Of a stretch of DNA of 64,000 bases, positions 26,553 through 38,044 are shown piece after piece. The stretch is from Octopus sinensis (lineage: Eukaryota). The notes below the pieces were generated by a model. It was not told where the DNA came from, did not search any database, and was given only the letters and a program-made list of their open reading frames with translations. The stretch is from NCBI RefSeq assembly GCF_006345805.1, contig NC_042998.1, forward strand, positions 132,432,001 through 132,496,000, given 5' to 3'. The translations under genes were made by a program, and so were the position numbers. Position 1 is the first letter of the stretch. Each line of letters opens with the position of its first letter.

Positions 26553-27218
26553 ACAGTTGCGTAGGTGTACTGAAAATAGGAAAGCATATTTTATCGTCGA
26601 AAAATACGAAACGAAACGAGTATGAAACAGTTGGGTAGGTGTACTGAAGATATGAATGCATATTTTATCGTCGAAAAATACGAAACGAAACGAGTATGAA
26701 ACAGTTGGGTAGGTGTACTGAAGATATGAATGCATATTTTATCGTCGAAAAATACGAAACGAAACGAGTATGACACAGTTGGGTAGGTGTACTGAAGATA
26801 TGAATGCATATTTTATCGTCGAAAAATACGAAACGAAACGAGTATGACACAGTTGGGTAGGTGTACTGAAGATATGAATGCATATTTTATCGTCGAAAAG
26901 TACGAAACGAAACGAGTATGACACAGTTGGGTAGGTGTACTGAAGATATGAATGCATATTTTATCGTCGAAAAATACGAAACGAAACGAGTATGACACAG
27001 TTGGGTAGGTGTACTGAAGATATGAATGCATATTTTATCGTCGAAAAATACGAAACGAAACGAGTATGACACAGTTGGGTAGGTGTACTGAAGATATGAA
27101 TGCATATTTTATCGTCGAAAAATACGAAACGAAACGAGTATGACACAGTTGGGTAGGTGTACTGAAGATATGAATGCATATTTTATCGTCGAAAAGTACG
27201 AAACGAAACGAGTATGAA
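26553..27218. repeat. Minisatellite, 9 x 74 bp
   Basis: Unit acagttgggtaggtgtactgaagatatgaatgcatattttatcgtcgaaaaatacgaaacgaaacgagtatgac; starts at 26553 + 74n; no spacers. Confidence 0.95.
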
Positions 27219-27654
27219 ATCAAACTTTCTTATATAGAATATTCACAAGCCATTTCAGTTTTTTAACATAACCTGGATCCAGTAACTGAGTGTCCATATG
27301 GGGCTACTGAAATATTAGTCAATTCCTCCCCGCGTCATACCGTGTTAAAAACTAATACGTTACATAAAATAGTCATAGATAATAAATTAGGATAGTCGTG
27401 ATTCTGGAACGCTTAGATCATAGGTTTGCTTTATCAATTTTAACTTGGGACTAAACAGGTGAAAGGTTCTTTGTGTGTGTTTAAAAAATTTTGTTTTGCT
27501 ATTGTCTTATCTTAGCCGGTTCGAATTTCGCTGTATTTTATATTGTCTTTTACCCCGCCTTCACTTAAGAGGTTGGATTAAAAAAAAAAAAGTGGGTCTC
27601 TTGTCAGGTAGACTCTGATTCGATCCCAATCTCTGGTCTGACGTCAGAGTAGCT

Positions 27655-27855
27655 TTTGATGTAGTCGCTCGACCTGCTAGAAATAACAGCCAAATAACTT
27701 CAGTTCACACCCTAATGTCTGAGAAAAGGACACTTTTTTATGTGGTATTGGGTACTCTGTCTCGTATAGGAAAAGATGGCGATCAAGGCTGCTGTATCTG
27801 TGAACATAGATCTGTTCAAATCACGCATGATCCGGGGCGAAAGAAGAACAGCAAC
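27655..27855 (+). repeat. Dispersed repeat family (SINE or LINE-tail-like), best-preserved copy
   Basis: The motif gacctgctagaaata.cagccaaat recurs at ~5040 (-), ~12240, ~23370, ~36850 (-), ~40410 and ~49210 (-). Confidence 0.5.
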
Positions 27856-27904
27856 AATCTAGCTCATTATTTATACCTATTGATTTTACTGCATAAATAC
27901 ATGT

Positions 27905-28404
27905 CTACGAGAGTTCCGGACCCCAGTTATGAACTCATTTGCATACAGCCAATCAGAGCCCAACTATCAAACTAATTTATGAGGGCATGGTAAGTGACGG
28001 ACGATAAGATAAGGTCACTTGGTTAAGGAATGACCATGCTTCTTTTCTCTTTTGATAATGCTTGTGTTCTTGTTCTTGTTTCAACCACGGCTGCCTATGC
28101 GTAGTTATTTGTGTTGTTGTTTACTTTGTAAAACAGTAAGGTGAGAGGGTTTGCCTGCACATCACCATCTACCCACATGTTAACCATATGGGGCCCTAAC
28201 AAAATCCGTTGATAGCTATGGATGCAAATCTGTCTAATTACTTGTCCCCTTCTAAAATCAGGCATAACTTGGCGGTCGGTCGGCTTACGACACCGTTCTT
28301 CGTTTTGAGTTTACTTGGTAGAGCGTTTTTGCTAACTTGACAAGGTGAACTCTGATTGTCTGTATGCAACTGAGTTCATTACTGGGGGTCCGGAACTCTC
28401 GTGG
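27905..28404. mobile_element. ~500-bp element with ~54-bp imperfect terminal inverted repeats (MITE-like, family unassigned)
   Basis: 27905-27958 (ctacgagagttccggaccccagttatgaactcatttgcatacagccaatcagag) versus the reverse complement of 28350-28404 (ccacgagagttccggacccccagtaatgaactcagttgcatacagacaatcagag). No TSD found. Confidence 0.7.
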
Positions 28405-29089
28405 GAAAAAATTTCGCGTCCGGTCCTGTTCTGGAGGACGAACTTTTTTTTTCATATCACTAATTCTCTATATTCAAAAGTTCTCTCTATCTATCAATGT
28501 AACAGTTAATATATGAAAAACTCTTAAGATCACTACTATCTTAAGAGAACAACATTTTCCTGCGTAATTTATAAAGAAATAAACACCGATTGACCTCGCA
28601 TTGATTCCCCCAACCATGTTAATTAATTTTATTTTACAGTATTATGCAGTCATTTTAGCCATTATCTTTTACGCATTTTTATGAAGCTTCATGTACGTTT
28701 TTAGACAAAATAAATACGAATTGTTTTGTTTTAGCTTCGCATAATTTTGCATGTAAATGTGTAGATAGATAGACAGATATAGTCTGTTTATTTGCTCTGA
28801 GAAGCAAGGCTTTCAAATACGGAATATAGTTCTCGATACTTCAAGAAGTAGAGAGTTGTGTAGGTTTATTTTATTGGTAGTTAGTTTACAGAGCTAATCC
28901 TATATTGATCCTTGCAGTCATGTTCACAGATTAGCTGTGGACATTGATAGCTTGGATCGAAACAGGATTAACTCTGTAAACTAGCCACTAATAAAATAAC
29001 CTAACATGTTCGTTTTGTGTGTGTACTTATACTTACAGACAACGAAACAAAGTTGACGAAAACTAATTAATTTCTAACAACCGAAATAT

Positions 29090-29288
29090 CGAGTTTGTCC
29101 CCCCCCCACATCGCTTGACAACCGATGCTGGTGTGTTTGCGTCCCCGTAACTTAGTGGTTCGGCATAAGAGACCGATAGAATAAGTACTAGGCTTAGAGA
29201 AAATAAGTCCTGGGGTAGATTTGCTCGACTAAAGGAAGGTGCTCCAGCATGGGCACAGTCAAATGACTGAAACAAGTAAAAGAGTAAT
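29090..29288 (+). mobile_element. SINE family A, 3' half only
   Basis: gtttgtccc...cttgacaaccgatgctggtgtgtttgcgtccccg...gaaacaagtaaaagag. Confidence 0.8.
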
Positions 29289-29409
29289 ACTGTAATATGA
29301 TAAATTCATAGCGTCTCCCAATCCACTGCCTTCCTCCCAACGCCTCCTTTTTCTCTCCCACCTCTCCTTTGGGCACCAGCGCTCTCCTGGACCGTCTCAA
29401 CGCCCACCA

Positions 29410-29622
29410 GGCAAGCTGGCAGAATCGTTAGCATGTCGGGCGAAATGCTTAGCGGTATTTCGGCTGCCCTTACGTTGTGAGTTCAAATTCCGCCGAGGTC
29501 GATTTTGCCTTTCATCCTTTCGGGGTCGATAAATTAAGTACGAGTTACGCACTGGGGTCGATGTAATCGACTTAATACCTATGTCTGCCATATTTGTCCC
29601 CTTGTGGGTAATAAAGAAATAG
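29410..29622 (+). mobile_element. SINE family B, well-preserved copy
   Basis: tRNA-like head (ggcaagctggcagaatcgttagc; B-box-like gagttcaaattcc), core ttttgcctttcatcctttcggggtcgataaattaagtac, tail gtaataaagaaatagg. Confidence 0.85.
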
Positions 29623-30479
29623 GTAGTGCCCACTTTGAGAACCTATGTTGTAGGTAGTGATTAGTTGTTGTGGGGATCATGATAGAATCGCGAAAGGATG
29701 GCTTTGGAAGTTGGGAGAGAAACGGAGATCACAAGGTCGATTTTGTTAGCATGTAATTCTTTTTTACTCCTCCAATGTGTTTGACAGATTTTACAAGTTG
29801 GGAATTTAAAAATTTTTAATATGACTTTCCCCTACCACCACCACCTTAATTCCGTCGTGGGAAACACTATCTGTAACAGGGTTTAGATGGTATATAAGCA
29901 TGATTGTTTTGCTGGTATAGCGGATTTGTAGTGCGGATATAAATGTTTTCAGTACTGGGAATTACTGGAAAAGATTTTGCTACTGCTGTGTGTCCGTATG
30001 CACCCCACACACATACACATTCTCTTTCTCTCTCTCTCTCTCTTGCAAGGATGATTAGCGTTGCCGTCTAGTTCCAATTATGTCAGAGATTGCATTGATG
30101 TTTTGTTGGAAAGTGAAAGTAGACTTGAAAGAAAGCGTGTTAATGTAATAACTGAGAAAAGGGTCTTCGCTTTTACAATAATAATATAAACTATCCTAGT
30201 CATCATTCAAGCTGATCAAGGAGCCGCTTGGTGATCTGTCGACGACGTGATAAAACAGCCAAATCTTCTGAAATCGTACGTAGTGGGACCCGTTAGATTA
30301 CACAGCTTGGGTTCCTTGCACATAAGGTTTTTAAGAAAATGTACGCGATGGCCTTGGAATATTTTTGATCTAGGATCAAAAATAAGCCTGCTCGACCAGC
30401 GCTGGCTTGGAGCTTTAACAACAGTAACTCCTACCTTTTACGAATATACATCGAAACACACGCACAAGCAACGAATATA

Positions 30480-32459
30480 ACTCTCTCTGTCTAATTCGTC
30501 ATAAACTCACTACATCACCTCCTCTGTCCCATCCTCCCCTATCTACTCTCCCTCCACAGACGTTATACACACTGTTCGAACTTGTTCTTAAACATTGTTG
30601 TTCCTGGTTATTCGTATGTCAGGTGTTGTTTTATAATATAACAAGTTAGTAGAGAGAGAGACAAGAGAGCTGTAATTTGCTGCGTTGTCGCTGCTGACTA
30701 AAAAACTCTACAGGTAAATAATAAACACCAAAAAGAAAACAAAAGACGGCAGAACAATAAAAAACAAAATACCAGAATGTGTGTGTTTTGACGGGGAAAG
30801 GTGGTAAATTGAATGTAGTGGACAGTTTCACCCCCGACCTCTTTACCCTGCACACTTTTTTCTCTCTCTTTTTTTTTTTTTTTTTCGTTCCACCATCTCC
30901 CCTGCAGGAGAGAATTTGTGTGTGGTGGTTTGATTCCCCCCCTCCTTTCTTTCTCTCTACGAATACATATACACACGCTCGCACATACACAGATGCCCGC
31001 TTACACACGCACGGACAGGCATATACGCATGCGCACATACATACATACATGTGTGTGTTGTCTATGCTTTTTAGTCGTGTTTGTGTTGTGGCGGTGATGA
31101 CATGATATCTGAAGTGGTATTCATTCGCATCATAAAATGTGTCTGGTGATTGTTGTATCTGGTGGTGATGATGGTCGCAGTCCTTGTCTTGTAGTGTTTT
31201 TGTTTTTTTTTAATTTTTTTTTTGTTTTTTTTTTATTTCATACCAAGTGTTTTTTGTATTTTATTATTCCTCTCGCCGATGGTAGTTGTTTTCTACTATT
31301 AGAACTAACCGCTCTTGTTGTTGTAAGCTTGGTTTGTAAACTATTTAAATTCCAAGCTTGTTGTTAGCCCCCCCCCCCCTTACCTTTCTCCCTACACACA
31401 CACACCAACCGACAAAACAAAACAAAAATCCATATAAATAAGGCAAAAAAAAAACAAACTACTATATAGCAGAAGGAACAGAAAAAAACAAGAAAAAAAA
31501 CAACATTCCAATGAAATCACTTTCTCTTTTCAATAATTACTACTGTGGACTGTTTGTTATTTGTTGGTTACTAAAAAATAGGGGGGGAGAACACTAATAC
31601 ATACTCACATACACACACCACATTCTTTTATCTGTTGTCTCTTTAAGTGTTTGTTTGTTTGTTGTTCGTGTGTATATTTTTAGGGTTTTTTCTTTGTTTC
31701 GCGCGCGTGGGGGGTATTTTATTCTTGTTTTTTTTGTTTTTGTAGCGTTGTCTTTTTTTGTTTCCTTTTTTACCCTCTCATTAAGCTTTCGTGGCGCCTC
31801 TATTCCTTCTTCTCATTGAATTCTTTATTTCTCGCTTACACATTCGTTACTTCTCTCTCCCCCTTAGTCTCTCTCTCTCTAATTTATTAACTTTTTTTTT
31901 CTGTTCCTGAAGAAGTTTCTTGAATTTGTTTTTAATTGTATATTATGTGTCCAAGCGTTAATGTTCTGTGTTGCCATTTTATTTATTCAATTTAAATCTC
32001 TCCTCATACACACACACACACACACTTTCTTCCCCCCCCCCGCACCACCCGCTACTAAACACACACACACACAGGCTATATTTTTCCGCTGCTGTCCACC
32101 TTTATTCGTTCTAATGTCTTTTCATCATTTCTCCTGAGATATTTCGTCTTTTATTTTGCTCGTCCCCCACCACCACCACCAACTCCTCCTCCCCCACCAC
32201 CACCACCAACTCCTCCTCCCCCTCCGTCGCCAAGCCATTACCGCCTCCGTCGCCGCCGTTACTGTCACGAGGTGTTACATTTCTTTCCGTCGTTAGACTG
32301 GATGGCTCCTTCCTGGATAGTCCCCTTTGTTCCTCTCTTCTCTGTCTTTACCACCTCCACCACCACCTGTTCTCTCTGAGTCATCATCAGATCTCACTGA
32401 CCCATCTTTCTGGCTCCTCTGAGGTGTCGGCTACTTCAACCTTCGCATGTACATCCGTG

Positions 32460-32510
<51 letters not shown>

Positions 32511-32640
32511 CTTTCCTACACGCACACACCTTCCCTTACTCCATTCCTCCAACTCGTGATGTCCCCCACCTCTTCTGTCCTGCTCGTAAGATGTCCTCCC
32601 ATGCGTTCCTGAGATGACCTCCCCTCACAGACTCTCTCTT
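30480..32640. promoter_or_regulatory. Possible promoter / 5' UTR region of a host gene (strand unresolved)
   Basis: CpG-retaining, C/G-triplet and (GA)n/(CT)n-rich stretch; + donor cag|gtaaat after 30713; + acceptor before 32139; - donor aag|gtaagg near 31384. Inference only. Confidence 0.25.
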
Positions 32641-32980
32641 TCTCTCCCTCTCTCATTCCTCACACACAGTTGAAGTGGCCAAGCATTGTACTTTAACTGC
32701 TTCTCATGGAGCCGTAGGTTCAATTTCCTGCACACTGTTTACTTTTGACTTTAATTACTTTGATGAGAAAGGCGGCAAGCTCCCTAAATTGCAAAGCACG
32801 CCAGAAAAAATTCTTAGCAACATTTCTTCCAGCTCTTTACGTTTCAAGTTCAAATTTCACCAAGATCAACTTTGCTTTTCATCCTTTCAAGTGATCAGTC
32901 AAGCACTTGGGGTGATGTCATCAACTGGTCCACACCCAACAAAAATTTCATACTTTGTGCCTATTGTAGAGAGAATTTAT

Positions 32981-33378
32981 GGATCTTTTCGGTTTGAACG
33001 GCAGTTTTTTTCTAGCGGTGTCATATGAAATTGTCACCCATAATTATGACCCTAGTATCGATCTATTGCATTTCAATCTGTTTAGAAGGGTATCTTTTTT
33101 CTTCACAAATGTAAATAAACCCAATCTGTTTCTTAATCGAGGGACATATTCATACGGCACAGAATGTTTTTTTACCTCAACAGACGTCAGTGATTGGTTG
33201 AAATTGCAGAAATTGAAGAAAAAAAACAACAACAAGTATCTTACAATCTATAAAATTTTCTCAATAAAGCTAAGAGAAAAAGATGTTTTATAAACACATT
33301 CTACCAGTATACGAAGTATAAAATTTTTTAGTTACCTAGAAATTATGTTAAAAACTGCCGTTCAAACCGAAAAGATCC
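32981..33378. mobile_element. GG-terminal MITE (Merlin-like), 398 bp
   Basis: Perfect 29-bp TIRs ggatcttttcggtttgaacggcagttttt; perfect 8-bp TSD gaatttat at 32973-32980 and 33379-33386. Confidence 0.88.
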
Positions 33379-34036
33379 GAATTTATTTTGTTGGGCAGAT
33401 TACGTATTATCCCCATGTTTTAAATTTACTTGTATGTTTGTGTGTGTAGGACATTAGAATATAATAATTATTGCACATGCAATCCTTCACATCTTTTGTG
33501 TTGTCTTTTCAAATCGCCAAACAATTAGTCAATCTAATAATGAACAAACCAGCAGATATCTTATGGCTTTATATTGTTCTGCAGTCAGAGAAAAGGAGAC
33601 CACATTATATTATATCTATTTCAATTAGTTGCAATGTCAGTTTGTCCATTGACGAATTTTTGCTGGTTACATTTTCATATCTGATATGGGCGGAATAGCA
33701 CTCCCCCCCCCCACACACACACACTTACCCACAACTGAAAGTGAGTAGATGCTTTAAAAAACATTTTCCAGGAATTGTATAAAAGAAATGAAATGTAAAT
33801 GTAGGTTTCTGTAGATTTTTCTGCTGAAATCATGTGGAGTGCTTAATCTGTGTGGAAAATAACTTACAGAGGCAAAACATTTTTAAATAGAAAAAAAATT
33901 TTTTTCTCCTCCACAGAATTTTTAAACAAATTAATGATATAGTAATCATTATTCATTGATATTTTCCAAAGAGACGAATAAATACATGGTGAGGGGACAA
34001 ATATATATATATATATACACACATATATATATACAC

Positions 34037-34084
<48 letters not shown>

Positions 34085-34138
34085 GCCTTGTGGGTGGATT
34101 TGGTAGATGGAAACTGAAAAAAGTCCATCGTGTATGTA

Positions 34139-34175
<37 letters not shown>

Positions 34176-34180
34176 GCACA

Positions 34181-34347
34181 CACGATCAACTTCTTTCAGT
34201 TTCTATCTACCAAATCCACTCACAAGGCTTTGGTTGGCTTGAGATTATAGTTGAAGACACTTGCCTAAGGTGTCAGGCAGTAGAACTGAACCCAGGACCA
34301 TGTGGTTGGGAAGCAAGCTTCTTACCACACAGCCATACCTGTGCCTA
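34181..34347 (-). mobile_element. SINE family A, 5' half
   Basis: ttctttcagtttctatctaccaaatccactcacaaggc...cttaccacacagccatacctgtgcc. Confidence 0.8.
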
Positions 34348-34355
34348 TAAAAATC

Positions 34356-34450
34356 AGCCACAGGTGAGGATCGAACTCACAACCTTCAGATTCTTCTTAT
34401 TCGAGGCACAATTATGAGACTGACACACTGCACTACTGTGCTACTGAGGC
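34356..34450 (-). tRNA. Elongator tRNA-Met(CAT) gene or pseudogene with a 21-nt intron at position 37/38
   Basis: Minus strand reads GCCTCAG TA GCAC AGTAGTGCA GTGT G TCAGT CTCATA [attgtgcctcgaataagaaga] A TCTGA AGGTT GTGAG TTCGATC CTCAC CTGTGGC T, then TTTTT. The T-arm is perfect. It has a T4:T69 mismatch, an altered D-loop GG, a T discriminator and CpG-decay-type changes. Confidence 0.8.
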
Positions 34451-35077
34451 CGTATAGAACAATAAGTTTTTGGTCACAACAGAAGCTACAATAATGTGTT
34501 TGGGTGAGCAATAATTTTTGTTATCATACACTTTTGTAATAATTCAAACTCAGAGATAGGACAAAAATTAAACATTTACATCTTATTCAAATTTATATTT
34601 TGTGGGGTTATATATCATTAAACTAATTATGTACCATGCCTGCAATTCTATATCTATAGTGGATTTCCATTGCTCACCTGACAGATAAGTACCATTGACC
34701 CTCTCCTCCCCACAAGCCAATAGATAGCTTGTCAGTTGTTTGTCATGGATGATACTACGAGAATATCTGATATTGATTTCTTTTACCATGGGAAATCGTG
34801 TTATACAGAAATATGCCGCAAGTATCCTAACCATTTTACTGTTGTGGCCATTTTGGAGGATCTGGCATTGACACAAACTATTACACAAATCGATGCAGCA
34901 GATTGAAAGTCAAGACATTTCAACTTGGAGGCCAATGGCACATTAATTATTCATGCTTGTATGTGCGTGCACACAAGCTTAAGTGGCGTTTCAGATGCCT
35001 GAGTGCATGTGTAGTCAGGTAAGCGTTTTACATGAGAGTTCAGCTGGGTGTTTTAGTATATCAGTTGTATTTTAAAG

Positions 35078-35379
35078 CAGTGGTTCTCAAAGTGGACAGT
35101 TTCAACTGTCCCCTGGGGGTAGTTGAAAGATCTGGGTGGGGTCGTTGATGAAAAGTGAGGCAATAATGGGGGTGGCCAAAAGGAGGCCATGGATTTAAAA
35201 AAGAAAACCACAGTAATGAGTTAATTAGGCTAAGTTTTGTTTGTGAAATACAGATGTTTTGAATCTGCTGCAGAAAGTGGTATATGTTTGTGGTCATGAG
35301 TGAGTGAGGGGGCAGGGGCACTAGGAATGAGGCCTGAGTGCCAAGAGGGCAGCTAGCTGAAAAAGTTTAGGAACTACTG
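35078..35379. mobile_element. hAT-type MITE, 302 bp
   Basis: TIRs cagtggttctcaaa / tttaggaactactg; perfect 8-bp TSD ttttaaag at 35070-35077 and 35380-35387. Confidence 0.85.
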
Positions 35380-36345
35380 TTTTAAAGTATATATCAGCTG
35401 TCTTTCATCCAATTCACAAGACAGCTTATTTAGAAATGCTCTTTCATAAAATCTACCGGATGGAAAAAAAAAAAGGTTACAGAGTACACGAACAACCTGC
35501 AATAGATGATTGAAATTTGAAGGAAACTCTGAAGTCTTGAGTTATGATGATAGCATTTTCACTGAAATATCAGCAATATAAATATCTTATTTGAGAGTGA
35601 GTAGAATAAAGTGTTTATTAATTTACGTTGTACATGTTATCGTTACCTTATCTAAACAGATCCGGAATCTGCTGAAATTGTTGGTGGTTTGCATCGACAA
35701 AAATTAATCTGAACTTTTTCCATGAACTCTGATATAGATACAGAGTACTTCAATGCTGTAATACAACAATTGTGTGCGAGCATGTGCGCGCGCACACACA
35801 CACACACACACACATTTATATATGCATGTTGCTATATTCATCTTATCTCATATTTCACCCGTCACCCCACCCTCATCTCAGGGTCAACGAAAGAACAAAA
35901 GCATAATTGATGATACACACATACCCTGTCATCCCCCCCACACTTACACACACACACACACACACTTTTCCCTCCTCCTCTCCCCTCTCCACTCTCCAGC
36001 ACTAGCAGTCATTTTACAGTCAATGTCAGTACAATTCCTTTGGTAAATATCAGAACCTTAATCATGATTTTAATATTTCCTGTTAGCTTAATTCTTCTTT
36101 GATCTTCGTGCTTATTCTTGTTGCTGCCTGTATGTCTGTTTGTCTCATGACTTAGACACATACACACACACATGCGTAAGTGTGATCTGGGTTCTTTGAT
36201 GTGATGGTTCTTCATATTGTCTTCCTGTATATGAATGTGTTTTGACTTTCCTGCATTGTTCTGACTTGTATTTGTTGTGTATATGGGACTTCATTATTTG
36301 CTCTAATGGTTGAATGTTTGACTTTAGTGTGTGTGTGTGTTACTT

Positions 36346-36383
<38 letters not shown>

Positions 36384-37879
36384 CCAACACACATACACAC
36401 ATTAGTAACTTGTTGACCTAATAGTGTGGTAACATGGTGGGATGGTGTATAGTTCTGTGACAACACACTCTTTTCAGGAATTGTCTTAGTGGTAGTACCA
36501 GCAGAAATAATAACAATCGCCCTACCTACCCACCCCATCCTTTTTCAACTTTATCTCTTCACTCTCTCTTTGAGGATTTCTTCATGAAAATGTGCTACAT
36601 TTTCTTAGGGTAGGTAGAAGATTTAACTGTGGAAGCTAGATTAGAGTAAGGAGTATAAACATGTCTGATAAGAAGAGTTTAGCTTTCAAAGGTTTTTGTT
36701 TTACCCACAATATAAGCTATTGTTTAACCCCCAGAGACAGCCATGACAAAACAGTCTTCTCCCCCTTTATTCAAACACAAAGTATCTAGGGCTATATTTG
36801 CTAATGTGTTCTCTCTTTCAAGATAGTTGGATGTGATTTGAAGGAGATTCGGCTACCAATGCTAGCAGAGTGACCCACCATGAAGAACCTCACTCCACCT
36901 CATTAGCCTATTAGCTATCCATTGTTTAGCTCCAAGATCAGCCCCTTGATTTAGCAAGCTCTAGTAATTATCATACGTGGTTCAAAACCAAACTTCTTAA
37001 CCACCCAACCATGCCTACATACACACACACACACACACACACAGTACTCTTATGTTTTGAAGTTCAGTCAACTGTTAAGTCGATTGCACAACTCTCTTTA
37101 GATCCAAAGCCTCTTTACGTCATACTTGACGTAAAATCACATTCTATGCTGTTCTGGCACAAAGGTTTGCTAATACTCCCACAGTCTTAACAGCATAGTC
37201 ATGTTTGACTTGTGAATGACGTTAGGTTTCATTATCGAATTCCTCTTTACCTCTTACTCTTTTGGATGGGGCTCGATAAGTTAAGTTGCATGTGTATATC
37301 GCATGTCATTCTCCATTGCCATCACTATTCTGCTATACATTTTGTGGTTCTGTACCGATGTAAAAACAAAATTATATATCAATTTGTATATATAATCCGT
37401 AATGTATATATCTTAGTTTGTTTTTTTTTTGCTTTTGAAATTTATTTTTCATTGCAATGCATGTTTATTAAAGAAAATTATCAAAGAATGTAAGGAAGGA
37501 GAGAAACAACTAAAGAAACTAGGCCATTGCTTAAAAATAAAAGAGGGTTTTTTTTTGTTTTGTTTTTTTTTCTCTTTTAAATTTTTGGTCTTATAGGTTT
37601 ACATTCACCCGATTTTCTTTTTCTTCTTTTCAAAAAGAATCGAAGTCACAAAACACTTGATTCGTAAATGATGTTTTATACGGATCATCATAACATCCAT
37701 CTTACAACCCCTCACCTATTTCCAAGCAAGGTATTCCCCCACCCCACCCCCTCGTAGCAGGACAGCTTTCCACAGAAGGTTGCAAACAAACGGCATCATT
37801 TGTATGACAGTGATGCTCATTTATTTTTACAACTGTCACACAATGTCAAGAGACAAAAATGCAAACACACACACATACA

Positions 37880-38044
37880 TACGATGGGCTTCTTTTAGTT
37901 TCCAGCTTACAAATTCACTCACAAGGCCCTTGGTGACTCAAGGCGAAGGTACAAGACACTTGCCCATGGTGTCATGCAGTGGAACTGAACTTAAAACCAT
38001 GTTGTCGTGAAACAAACTTCTTACAACACAACCATGCCTGCGCC
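37880..38044 (-). mobile_element. SINE family A, 5' half, degenerate
   Basis: gggcttcttttagtttccagc...cactcacaagg...gacacttgccc...caaccatgcctgcgcc. Confidence 0.7.

Noticed and set aside
26553-27218. CRISPR-like array
   Set aside because: Units are contiguous and near-identical with no unique spacers; no cas genes; eukaryotic context. The repeated 72-aa ORFs are by-products.
34583-34906. Overlapping short ORFs on both strands, with a strong minus donor at ~34677
   Set aside because: No recognisable homology and the strand cannot be resolved; unsupported without transcript data.
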